Source: an uncultured Lentisphaeria bacterium (GTDB lineage Bacteria; Verrucomicrobiota; Lentisphaeria; Oligosphaerales; Oligosphaeraceae). Taken from it: a stretch of DNA of 53,178 nt. The stretch is taken from positions 1 to 53,178 of the forward strand of contig CALZPA010000001.1 of NCBI GenBank assembly GCA_945827525.1, in the 5' to 3' direction. A program made the translations under genes and the position numbers. Below, piece after piece: positions 43,140 to 52,219 of this stretch (its first letter is position 1; each line of letters opens with the position of its first letter). The notes below the pieces were generated by a model that saw only the letters and a list, made by a program, of their open reading frames with translations, searched no databases and had not been told where the DNA came from.

Positions 43140-46100
43140 CTATTCGGCGGCGAGCTCGAAGAAGACGGTGGTGCCGTCGCGGTGAGTGTCGATGGAGAAC
43201 TGGAGCTGTCCGGGGGAGCGCTTGACGGTGGTGATTTCGCGGGTGCGGTTGCCGGCGAGGTCGAGGGCATAGAGCTTCAGGGCGTCGGCATGGTCGGACT
43301 TGAGGGTGGCGGTGAAGCGTCCCATCTTGAGGAGGATGGGCATGTCGCCATATCGGCTGACGGTCTTGCGTTCCTCGTCCTGGAAGGTCATGCGGTTGTT
43401 GAGGGCGTCGGTGGCGTAGACGATGGTGATGCGTCGGGCCTGACGGAGGGGCTTGAGGCCGTCGATGGCGACGGCGGCGACGCAGCCGCGTTCGTCAAGC
43501 TGGTCGAGCGAGAAGTCGTTGGCCTTGGCGGTGGTTTTGGCCTCGGCGCAGAAGCCCTGGAGTCTGGGGGTGTTGATGCGCATGAAGTTGCGCTTGGTGT
43601 CGAGCAGGAGTTCGCCGGTGGCGGACTCGAAGCGGGAGATGCCGTCGGAGGCGTTGTCGGCGGGGAGGAGTCCGCGGTCTTTGAGGAGTTTGACGAGCTG
43701 TTCGGAGCTGGTCTGCTTGGCGTCGACGAGCTGTGAGAAGCCGGCGAGGTCGGTGACGACGCTGGAGCCGCCGCTGCGGGTGAGCCGCAGTTCGCGCTGT
43801 CCGAGCGGGGTGAGGTCTTCGGGCTTGTCGAAGCACTCGAGGGCGAAGCCGGTGAGAAGGGCGAGTCGGTTCTGCTGGCTGGAGAGGGGGCTGACGGCGG
43901 CGGGCGAGTCGTAGATGGAGGAGGTGTCCACGGCGATGCGGACGCGGCTGTCGGCGGGTCGGACGTCGCCGCGCATGAACATGAAGAAGCCGAGGTATTC
44001 GGCGGCCACGCGGACGGGGTCGTTGAAGATGCAGAAGGAGGCGAGTTTTCTGGGGTTGTCGTTCAGGTCGCGGACGCTGACGGAGCCGGCATGGGAGGTG
44101 AGGACATCGATGTCCTGGAGAGCGGCGTAGGAGGCGAAGGAGAACGAGTGGTCGTGGCGGTACTGGTTCCACCAGACGGAGGCATATTCGGTGACGACGA
44201 AGGGCTTGCCGAGCTGTCGGGTGGAGATGGCGCCTCGGTAGTGAGGTGCGGCGCCTCCGAGGGAGCTGCTCTGAGAGATGATGTTGAGGGCGCCGTTGCC
44301 ACCCCAGGGATGGTCGTGGTAGGAGTTGCTCGAGACGTAGTCGCAGTGGCGGCGGAGGGCGTTGTAGTGCTGATCCTTGAGCATGTTGTAGTTGGTGGTG
44401 GGGCCCTTGAAGCCGAGTTCGTCGAGCTGCTGCCGGTACCAGCGGATCATGGCAAGCTCGGTCTCGCGCATGAAGAGCCGCGCGGGGCGCGACTGCTCCT
44501 TTCCGGGCTCGAACATGGGGACGTTATCGAAGGAGGCGTAGGCGGTGTTGGCCTCGCGGTTGAACGCGGCGAGGTCGCCCTGATAGTGGCGCTTGAGGAA
44601 GTCGCGGTAGGCGGGGGTTGCCAGCTCCGGCTTGAGGGGGCGCATGAAGGCGAATTCCTGCTCGTTGTAGCCGTGGGTCATGGCGAGGAGGGGTTCGTCG
44701 ACGAGCCGCGTCTTGGTGTAGGGGTTGACATGGGTGAGGAGCGTCTCGACGCCCCAGCGCCAGTTGTCGCGGATGTTCTGGTCGAAGAGCATCCGTCCCT
44801 TGAAGCATTCGTCGGTGAGTCGCGCGCTCCAGGCGTTCTTGCCGGTGGTGTAGCCGAGGAAGCCGGTCATGCAGTCGAAGTTGAGGTAGATGCCGTTTTC
44901 CTTGAGCTGGGAGACGAGGTAGTCGAAGAGGTCGAGGCGCTGTGGGTTGAACTGTCGTTCGCCGGGTGCGCCGCCCATGAGCCAGGAGTCGAGGAAGTGG
45001 GTGCGTATCATGTTGAAGCCGGCCTTGCGCATCTCCTGGCAGAACAGCCGGACGCCCTCGTGATCCTTGCAGGCGTCCAGCTCGCCGCCGCTGATGGAGT
45101 TGGCGTAGAAGCGGACGGGGCGGTCAGGGGCGGTCTCGAAGGCGAAGCGTCCCTGGGCGTTGATGATGAGTCGCCCGAGGTCGCCGCTCTTCCCTCGGAA
45201 CGGGTACCAGGGGCTCACGTCGAGCGCGGAGCCTGCGGTGCGCACGTTGCGTGGGGGGAAGGACACGGCGCGCCAGTCGTCGCTGGCCGTGATGACGACG
45301 GGGCGATCCTTGGGCAGCTCGGGCGGCTCCATGGCGAGCGCCAGTCCCGTCACCATCCAGATGGGCGAGCCGTTCAGGGAGCGGAACGTCACCGAGGCCA
45401 CGTCGGCAAGCTCGCTGTTGAGGGGGAAGGTCGAGCCATACAGGCCGACGCTGTTGCCGCCCGTCAGTTTGGCGCGGATGGCGACGCCGCCGTTCTCGAG
45501 GGTGCGCGGGTTCCACCAGTCCGCCACATCGACGTTGGCGCGGACGGCGATGGTCTGCTGATGGCCCTGGCTGTCGCGGACCTCGATGCTGCCGAGGTCG
45601 CCTTTGGCGGTGGCGGGGAGCCAGCAGGCCCCATGGAGCACGAGCAGATGGCGGGCGCGCTGCGGCTGCGGCAGCGTGACGGTCGCCGTCTCGGGGCCGT
45701 TCGGGAAGCGCTGCGACTTGAGGGTGATGACGCCCTTGCCGTCGAGCTGCGGCGCGAAGGGCAGTCCGTTGAGGGACTTCACGCCCTGCTGGGCGAGCCG
45801 TTGGCGGATGGCGGCCTTGAGGGTGCGTCCGTCCTGGTCGGGGCCCTGGTCGGACCAGCCGCCCTGGCCGTCGCCCTCCGTCTCGTCCTCGAACGCCATG
45901 TTGGCGGCGGAGGCGATGCTGACCGGCCAGCCCAGCTCGGCGAGCCGCAGACGCCGCAGCCAGATGGTGCCGGTGACCTCCTGGAAGCCTATCGAGAGGC
46001 GGACGGACGAGGCCAAGTCCGCAGGGAACGACACGTCGCGCTCGACGCGCCGCCAGTCGAACGTGCCCAACTGCCCGCCGGCGTCGATGTAGTGCGTCTC

Positions 46101-46433
46101 GCCCTTGCCGTCCGTGAACGAGAACATGACCTTGACGCTGTACCAGGGCTTGGCGCCCTTGGTGATGTTCTCGCCCCGGAGCTCGAACTCCAGGCGGTAC
46201 GTCTTGCCCGCCATGAGCCTGGCGGGGAAGGTGCGCTCGACGCAGCGCATCTTGTCATGGGGGCGCTCCGGCGACAGGCTGAGCCGGACGGCGCCGCCGT
46301 CGACCTCCAGCGCGGGATTGCGGTCCCAGTCCAGCAGATCCTCCGTCCGCTCAATCAGGGGGCGTCCCCAGGCGGTGGCGCCCAGCGTCAGCGCCGCCAG
46401 GGCGACCAGCCATCGTCTTCTCAGCTTCTCCAT
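43140..46433 (-). CDS. Large secreted protein, putative clan GH-A glycoside hydrolase with N-terminal jelly-roll/CBM-like domain (1097 aa)
   Basis: Signal peptide MEKLRRRWLVALAALTLGATAWG (ATG 46433). Motifs GFNMIRTHFLD, GYNEQEF and VVTEYASVWW are compatible with a (beta/alpha)8 hydrolase. The family is not assigned. Confidence 0.55.
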   Translation of the reverse strand: MEKLRRRWLVALAALTLGATAWGRPLIERTEDLLDWDRNPALEVDGGAVRLSLSPERPHDKMRCVERTFPARLMAGKTYRLEFELRGENITKGAKPWYSVKVMFSFTDGKGETHYIDAGGQLGTFDWRRVERDVSFPADLASSVRLSIGFQEVTGTIWLRRLRLAELGWPVSIASAANMAFEDETEGDGQGGWSDQGPDQDGRTLKAAIRQRLAQQGVKSLNGLPFAPQLDGKGVITLKSQRFPNGPETATVTLPQPQRARHLLVLHGACWLPATAKGDLGSIEVRDSQGHQQTIAVRANVDVADWWNPRTLENGGVAIRAKLTGGNSVGLYGSTFPLNSELADVASVTFRSLNGSPIWMVTGLALAMEPPELPKDRPVVITASDDWRAVSFPPRNVRTAGSALDVSPWYPFRGKSGDLGRLIINAQGRFAFETAPDRPVRFYANSISGGELDACKDHEGVRLFCQEMRKAGFNMIRTHFLDSWLMGGAPGERQFNPQRLDLFDYLVSQLKENGIYLNFDCMTGFLGYTTGKNAWSARLTDECFKGRMLFDQNIRDNWRWGVETLLTHVNPYTKTRLVDEPLLAMTHGYNEQEFAFMRPLKPELATPAYRDFLKRHYQGDLAAFNREANTAYASFDNVPMFEPGKEQSRPARLFMRETELAMIRWYRQQLDELGFKGPTTNYNMLKDQHYNALRRHCDYVSSNSYHDHPWGGNGALNIISQSSSLGGAAPHYRGAISTRQLGKPFVVTEYASVWWNQYRHDHSFSFASYAALQDIDVLTSHAGSVSVRDLNDNPRKLASFCIFNDPVRVAAEYLGFFMFMRGDVRPADSRVRIAVDTSSIYDSPAAVSPLSSQQNRLALLTGFALECFDKPEDLTPLGQRELRLTRSGGSSVVTDLAGFSQLVDAKQTSSEQLVKLLKDRGLLPADNASDGISRFESATGELLLDTKRNFMRINTPRLQGFCAEAKTTAKANDFSLDQLDERGCVAAVAIDGLKPLRQARRITIVYATDALNNRMTFQDEERKTVSRYGDMPILLKMGRFTATLKSDHADALKLYALDLAGNRTREITTVKRSPGQLQFSIDTHRDGTTVFFELAAE

Positions 46434-46488
46434 TCGCGTGCTCCTCTGTCTGTCTCTCTGTTGCTCCATACGTTCACGCACGGGACGC

Positions 46489-46527
46489 GACGGCCCCCGT
46501 CCGGCCAGCGCACGGACGAGGGCCGTC
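46489..46527 (-). other. 15-bp stem hairpin between the isomerase and the large hydrolase gene (no U-tract)
   Basis: gacggcccccgtccg / cggacgagggccgtc, with one mismatch and a 9-nt loop. Confidence 0.35.
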
Positions 46528-46567
46528 GTTTCTTCCGTCGTCTGTCAGTCAGTCAGTCTCGTCTCGC

Positions 46568-47452
46568 TCAGCGGTTCGCCTTGGCCTTGGCGGCCTCGAC
46601 GATGGCCATGAAGCGGCGTCCGTACTCGACGTAGTTGTCGTGCATGGCCTGTGCCTGGGCGGTGACGTTGGCGTCGTGGAAGACGAGGGCCATGTGGGGC
46701 TCCATGGAGAAGCCGCCGTCGTAGCCGCGGGCGATGAGGTCCTCGACGATGCGGACGACGTCGCCGTCGCCCTCGCCGGGCCAGGTGTAGGTGGTCTTGC
46801 CGGTCGCGTGGTCGAACACGCCGTCCTTGATGTGGACGTAGGCGATGAAGTCGCGGACGTGGCTGTAGAATTCCCAGGAGGACTGCTTGGGATAGGGCTT
46901 GGGCTTGGCCTTGTCGTCGGTGAAGACGGGGTTTCCGGTGTCGTAGACGAGCTTGAGTCCGGGGACGTTCTCGAGGAGTCGGAGGGTGAAGGGCCATCCC
47001 ATGCCGCCGTAGTTCATGCAGTTCTCGTGGACGGGCTGGATGCCGGCGTCGAGGAACATCTGGGTGAGGGTGCGGACACGGCGGAAGCGCTCGTCCTCCA
47101 TCTGGTCGTCGGGTTCGCGGTCATCGAGCCTGGCGAAGCTCATGATGCGGATGAGCTTGGTGCCGAGGCGCTGCATTCTGGGGATGGCTCGTCTGGCCTC
47201 CGCGAGGGAGGAGTCGAAGGGGTCGGTGATTTTCTTGGCCCAGTTGGCGATGGCGGAGCCGAAGCAGTTGACCTGGATGCCGGCGTCCTCGAGCTTGCCG
47301 GCGGCGACGTCGAAGTCGGCGTCGGAGAGGTCATGGATGTTCACGCCGTCGATGGCGCGGGACTCGATGCAGTTCCACCCCAGCTCCTTGGTCGCGGCGA
47401 TCTGGCCGTCCAGGCCACGTGACGCCTCATCCGCAAATCCAGTGTAGTACAT
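46568..47452 (-). CDS. Sugar phosphate isomerase/epimerase (xylose isomerase-like TIM barrel), cytoplasmic
   Basis: MYYTGFADEASRGLDGQIAATKELGWNCIESR...; 294 aa, family-typical length and His/Glu/Asp pattern. Confidence 0.85.
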   Translation of the reverse strand: MYYTGFADEASRGLDGQIAATKELGWNCIESRAIDGVNIHDLSDADFDVAAGKLEDAGIQVNCFGSAIANWAKKITDPFDSSLAEARRAIPRMQRLGTKLIRIMSFARLDDREPDDQMEDERFRRVRTLTQMFLDAGIQPVHENCMNYGGMGWPFTLRLLENVPGLKLVYDTGNPVFTDDKAKPKPYPKQSSWEFYSHVRDFIAYVHIKDGVFDHATGKTTYTWPGEGDGDVVRIVEDLIARGYDGGFSMEPHMALVFHDANVTAQAQAMHDNYVEYGRRFMAIVEAAKAKANR

Positions 47453-47552
47453 GCGCAGCTTCTCCTGTATGCAGTGTGTTGTGTGATGATGATGATGTGA
47501 CGGGTTCGTTCATCAGCTCCGGAACTCATGTCCGCTGACAGCCATAACATAA

Positions 47553-47616
47553 TGCCGCAAACCCAAAACAAAAAAGCGCCGCGACCGCCGGAACGCCAGA
47601 GCATTTGCCGCAAACC
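47553..47616. promoter_or_regulatory. Two 11-nt perfect direct repeats TGCCGCAAACC, 53 bp apart, in a divergent promoter region
   Basis: Copies at 47553-47563 and 47606-47616, read directly. Confidence 0.3.
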
Positions 47617-47708
47617 GGGGTACATTAAGCGGCGTCCGTCTCGTCTCGTCCCCTCTCTTCGCCTCCCTCCTTACCCAACCCAACCCCCAACAGGAGTGAC
47701 GTCAGACC

Positions 47709-49832
47709 ATGGCCACCAACCCCGACTGGTACCGGACCAGCTACCGCCGCAACCTCGTCGACATGCACATCGAGGACTGGGACCCGCAGTTCCTCAGCCA
47801 GTTCAGCGCCGAAACCTACCTCGACATGCTCCGGCGAGCCCACGTCAAGTCCGCCATGATCTACCTCCAGTCCCATGTCGGACACTGCAACTGGAACTCC
47901 GAGAGCGGCCACACCCACGCCTCCTTCCCCAACTGCGAGCGCGAAATGCAGCGGCTCTTCGACCTCTGCCACCAGAACGGCATCGACGTCATCGCCTACT
48001 ACTCCCTCATCTACAACAACGACGCCTACGCCCAGCACCCCGACTGGAGACTCCGCGACGCCAACGGACACAGCACCCGACTCGACTCCGGCAAGGGACA
48101 GTACTTCGGCGGCAGCCGCTACGGCCTCTGCTGCCCCAACAACCCCGACTACCGCGCCTTCGTCCTCGCTCAGCTCGACGAAATCTTCGACCGCTTCTCC
48201 TTCGAGGGCATCTTCCTCGACATGACCTTCTGGACGCGCGTCTGCCACTGCCCCGCCTGCCAGCGGCGCTGGCGCGACGAACACGGCGGCGACATCCCCT
48301 CCACCCTCGACTGGACCTCGCCGCTCACACTCGAACTCCAGCGCAAACGCGAGGACTGGATGCAGGAATTCTGCCAGCTCGTCACCGACAAAATCAAGTC
48401 CAGAAACCCCAACTGCTCCGTCGAACACCAGTACTCCACCATGATGCACGCCTGGCAACAGGGCGTCAACCGCAACATCGCCGTCGCCTCCGACTACTGC
48501 GGCGGCGACTTCTACGGCGGCATCCCACAGCACACCCTCGCCTGCAAGCTCTACTACAACATGACCCGAAACCAGCCCTTCGAGTACATGACCAGCAGAT
48601 GCTATCCCAACCTCAAGGAACACACCACCGCCAAGTCCGAGGACATGCTCCGACAAAGCGTCATGGCCACCCTCGCCCATCATGGCGCCGTCCTCCTCAT
48701 CGACGCCATCGACCCCGCCGGAACCCTCGACACGCGCATCTACGACACCTACGGACGCATCTTCCGCGACGCCGAGCGCCTCGAACCCTACATGGAGGGA
48801 ACCATGCTCCAGGACGTCGCCGTCCTCTTCAACCTCGAGGCCAAGTTCAACCCCGACAACGCCCCCGGACTCCCCCACGCCGACGCCGTCGCCGGTGCCT
48901 GCCGCAACCTCCAGCGCGCCCACATCCCCTACGGCGTCTTCGGCGACTGGAGACCCGAAAAGATGCGCGACGCCAAGGTCATCGTCCTCCCCGACGCCTT
49001 CAACCTCCCCTCAGACGTCTGCGACTTCATCAGCGCCTATGTCCGCGACGGCGGCAGCGTCTACCTCAGCGGACGCACCAACCCCGAGCTCGTCGAGGAC
49101 CTCCTCGGCGTCCGACCCAACGGCGTCTGGCAGACGCCCATGGCCTACCTCGTCCCCACGGCCGAGCACGCCGACCTCCTCGCGGACAACACCCGCCAGT
49201 ACCCGCTAGCCGTCACCGGCCACGTCGCCAAGCTCCCCGCCGACGGTCCCTACGACGCCGTCCTCGCCACGCTGGCCCTCCCCTACGAGCCGCCGGCAGA
49301 CGTCCCCGGCACCCTCCATCCCGACCCCGACGACGGCTACGACTACGCCTCCCATGACGCGCGCTTCGCCTCCATCCACTCGAATCCGCCCGGCCGCTGG
49401 CTCGACGACGCGCCCACGCTCGTCTGGCGGCGCGTCGGCAAGGGCCAGGTCATCTACTCGGCGACGCCGTTCGAAGCGGCCGACCGCCCCGCGAACGGCC
49501 CCCTGTTCGTGCGGCTCATCGAGCGCCTGGCCGCGGGCCGCGGGCCATGGAGCTTCGGCGCCGACGCGCCCACCCAGGTCGAGCTCGTCGCGTTCGACGC
49601 CCCCGAGCGGAAACGCCGCTACATCAGCCTCATCAACGGCATCGAGGGCTTCAGCGTCCCCACGCTCACCGGCAGCACCGTCCGCCTCCAAGTCCCCGGC
49701 GAGGCAACCCAAATCCTCGCCCTCCCCGACGAGACGCGCCTCCCCTTCACCCAGCGCGGCAACAGCGTCGAATTCACCACCCCACCCCTCCATATCTGCC
49801 AGATGTTCGCCGTCGACTACCGGCAGCGCTGA
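47709..49832 (+). CDS. Putative glycoside hydrolase, GH42-like / GHL6-type TIM barrel with beta-galactosidase-trimerisation-like domain (707 aa)
   Basis: N-terminus RRNLVDMHIEDWDPQFL. Cys cluster CHCPACQRRW resembles the GH42 Zn site. Class-I glutamine-amidotransferase-like segment AKVIVLPDAFNLPSDVCDFISAYVRDGGSVYLSG. No signal peptide. Family assignment is from memory. Confidence 0.5.
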   Translation: MATNPDWYRTSYRRNLVDMHIEDWDPQFLSQFSAETYLDMLRRAHVKSAMIYLQSHVGHCNWNSESGHTHASFPNCEREMQRLFDLCHQNGIDVIAYYSLIYNNDAYAQHPDWRLRDANGHSTRLDSGKGQYFGGSRYGLCCPNNPDYRAFVLAQLDEIFDRFSFEGIFLDMTFWTRVCHCPACQRRWRDEHGGDIPSTLDWTSPLTLELQRKREDWMQEFCQLVTDKIKSRNPNCSVEHQYSTMMHAWQQGVNRNIAVASDYCGGDFYGGIPQHTLACKLYYNMTRNQPFEYMTSRCYPNLKEHTTAKSEDMLRQSVMATLAHHGAVLLIDAIDPAGTLDTRIYDTYGRIFRDAERLEPYMEGTMLQDVAVLFNLEAKFNPDNAPGLPHADAVAGACRNLQRAHIPYGVFGDWRPEKMRDAKVIVLPDAFNLPSDVCDFISAYVRDGGSVYLSGRTNPELVEDLLGVRPNGVWQTPMAYLVPTAEHADLLADNTRQYPLAVTGHVAKLPADGPYDAVLATLALPYEPPADVPGTLHPDPDDGYDYASHDARFASIHSNPPGRWLDDAPTLVWRRVGKGQVIYSATPFEAADRPANGPLFVRLIERLAAGRGPWSFGADAPTQVELVAFDAPERKRRYISLINGIEGFSVPTLTGSTVRLQVPGEATQILALPDETRLPFTQRGNSVEFTTPPLHICQMFAVDYRQR

Positions 49833-49894
49833 CGACGCCAAATTTGCACTTAATGACGGGTTATCAACAGGCCTAACCCGCTGAACCATAGCCC

Positions 49895-49928
49895 GCAATG
49901 GCGAATTTTCCACAAAATTCGCCATTGC
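49895..49928. promoter_or_regulatory. 34-bp palindrome: perfect 15-bp inverted repeat with 4-nt spacer
   Basis: gcaatggcgaatttt-ccac-aaaattcgccattgc, ending 18 nt upstream of the GH95 ATG. Confidence 0.6.
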
Positions 49929-49946
49929 CGCAGGAAGACCGACACC

Positions 49947-52142
49947 ATGGACAAGACCTTCACCCGCGAATTTCCTCACCGCACCTGCCACGAGGGCACG
50001 ATGCTCGGCAACGGCTGGCTCGGGCTCTACCTCTGGGGCGAGGGACGCACCCTCCGCGTGACCGTCGGCTGCGCCACCCTCTGGGACCACCGCGGCGGAC
50101 TCGAATGGAGCGAACGCCAGAACTACGCCGACATCCGCCAGGCCCTTGAGGCGCAGGACGCGGCACGGCTCCAGGCCATCTTCGCCTCCTCCTCACCCCA
50201 GCAGCCCGACCTCCCCGAGCGCCCCACCCTCATCCCCGCCGGCCGCATCGAGCTCACCCTCCGCGACGGCGCCGAACTCCTGACCTCCACCGCCGACTAC
50301 AGCACCGGACTCGTCACCGCCACCTACCGGCTCGGCAACGGCGAATTCCACGCCGAACTCCAGCTCGACATGACCGACAAGGGCCGCTTCGCCCTCCGCT
50401 GCGACGACCTCGACAGCCTCAAAGTCCTCTCCGGCTACACCCTCGCCGACCCCGCCCTCGCCAAGCGCGGCCTCATCGCCCCCATCCCCATCGACTTCGA
50501 GGCCGCCACCGGCTTCATGCAGCTCATGCCCGCCGACGACCCCTTCGCCCTCTGCGCCTGCCGACAGGGCCCCCTCGTCGCCTGCCGACTCCATCGCGAC
50601 GCCAGCACCTCCACCCTCCGCGACTTCATGAAGGAGCATACCCGCGACTTCGACTGGGAGGCCGTCGCCACAGCCAACGCCGCCTGGTGGGCCAACGTCT
50701 GGGAACGCATCCCCGCCATCGAGCTCTCCAACCGCGACCTCCAGGCTATCTACGCCGAGGGCATGGCCAAATTCGCCATGATGACCGCGCCCGACGGCTA
50801 CCCCGCCGGACTCCAAGGCGCCTGGATCGAGGACAACGCCCTCCCCCCCTGGTCCGGCGACTACCACTTCAACATCAATGTCCAGATGTGCTACTGGCCC
50901 GCCTACCGAGGCAACCTCACCGACAACCTCCTGCCGCTCTTCCGGCTGCTCGCCGACTGGAGACCCATCATGCGGCGAACCGCCAAGCTCTACATCGGCA
51001 TCGACGACGGCTACATGCTCCCACACGCCGTCGATGACCGCTGCGTCTGCATGGGCAACTTCTGGACCGGAGCCATCGACCTCGCCTGCGGCGCCTGGAT
51101 GGCTCAGATGATGTTCGACTACGCCGACTACACCGGCGACGAGACCTTCCTCCGCGACCTCGCCCTCGACTTCATGGGCGGCGTCTTCAACACCATGTAC
51201 GCCATGCTCGAATGGCGCGACGGACACCTCGTCCTGCCCGTCTCCGTCTCACCCGAATACCGCGGCGCCGCCATGAACGCCTGGGGCCCCAACGCCTCCT
51301 TCCAGCTCGCCGCCCTCCACCGCCTCGCACGAGACCTCCAGCTCGCCACCCAGTGGCTCCGACTGGAACCCGACCCACGCTGGCAGGAAGTCCGCGACTT
51401 CCTCCCCGAAGCCGCACTCATCCCCACACCCCATGGCGGCACCGAACTCGCCCTCTGGGAAGGCCAGCCCCTCGAGGAAAGCCACCGGCACCACTCCCAC
51501 CTCGGCGCCATCTGCCCCTTCGACACCATCGACCCCGATGACCCACGCTGGCGCGACACCGCGCACCTCTCCTACCAGCGCTGGATACGACTCGGCATGG
51601 GACTCTGGAGCGGCTGGTGCATGCCCTGGGCCGCCATGCTCCATACCCGCTTCAACAACGGCCCCATGACCGAACTCACCCTCGACATCTGGAGACGCGT
51701 CTTCGTCAACTCAGGCGGCGGCACCCTCCATGACCCCGCCTTCGACGGACTCTCCGCACTCTGCTTCGGCGGACACCGCGACATCATGCAGATGGACGCC
51801 ACCATGGGCGCCGTCACCGCCATCCAAGACCTCCTCCTCCATGCCCGACAGGACACCATCCACCTCTTCGCCGGCGCCAGCCCCAACTGGGACAACGCCT
51901 CCTTCACCCGTATGCCCGCTCCAGGCGGACTCCTCATCTCCGCCTCCAGACAGCGGCACGGAAACCTCAAGGCCATGGTCACCGCCACCCGACACACCTC
52001 CCTCCGACTCGTCATCCATGACCACCGAACACTCCGCGGACACCTCGACGGACACGAAATCCTCCCCGACGCACTCGGACGCTTCACCTGCGACCTCCAG
52101 CCCGGACACACCCTCGCCATCTCCTCCATCCCCACGCCCTGA
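49947..52142 (+). CDS. Glycoside hydrolase family 95-like (alpha-L-fucosidase family), no signal peptide
   Basis: Signature WSGDYHFNINVQMCYWPA (GH95 NIN..M.YW motif); 731 aa with (alpha/alpha)6-like central region. Confidence 0.8.
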   Translation: MDKTFTREFPHRTCHEGTMLGNGWLGLYLWGEGRTLRVTVGCATLWDHRGGLEWSERQNYADIRQALEAQDAARLQAIFASSSPQQPDLPERPTLIPAGRIELTLRDGAELLTSTADYSTGLVTATYRLGNGEFHAELQLDMTDKGRFALRCDDLDSLKVLSGYTLADPALAKRGLIAPIPIDFEAATGFMQLMPADDPFALCACRQGPLVACRLHRDASTSTLRDFMKEHTRDFDWEAVATANAAWWANVWERIPAIELSNRDLQAIYAEGMAKFAMMTAPDGYPAGLQGAWIEDNALPPWSGDYHFNINVQMCYWPAYRGNLTDNLLPLFRLLADWRPIMRRTAKLYIGIDDGYMLPHAVDDRCVCMGNFWTGAIDLACGAWMAQMMFDYADYTGDETFLRDLALDFMGGVFNTMYAMLEWRDGHLVLPVSVSPEYRGAAMNAWGPNASFQLAALHRLARDLQLATQWLRLEPDPRWQEVRDFLPEAALIPTPHGGTELALWEGQPLEESHRHHSHLGAICPFDTIDPDDPRWRDTAHLSYQRWIRLGMGLWSGWCMPWAAMLHTRFNNGPMTELTLDIWRRVFVNSGGGTLHDPAFDGLSALCFGGHRDIMQMDATMGAVTAIQDLLLHARQDTIHLFAGASPNWDNASFTRMPAPGGLLISASRQRHGNLKAMVTATRHTSLRLVIHDHRTLRGHLDGHEILPDALGRFTCDLQPGHTLAISSIPTP

Positions 52143-52219
52143 CCACGCCTCCATCGCCCAGGACAGAGGCGCACCATACATAAACCATCCATCAACCAGC
52201 AATCACCAAGGACAGACTC

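Noticed and set aside
44091-46634. 847-aa plus-strand ORF opposite the 1097-aa secreted hydrolase gene; similar cases are 47528-49357 (+, R/P-rich), 47625-48923 (-) and 29363-31639 (+)
   Set aside because: All are alternative-frame or antisense products of strongly GC3-biased genes. They have extreme R/P or G/A/V/E composition and no motifs.
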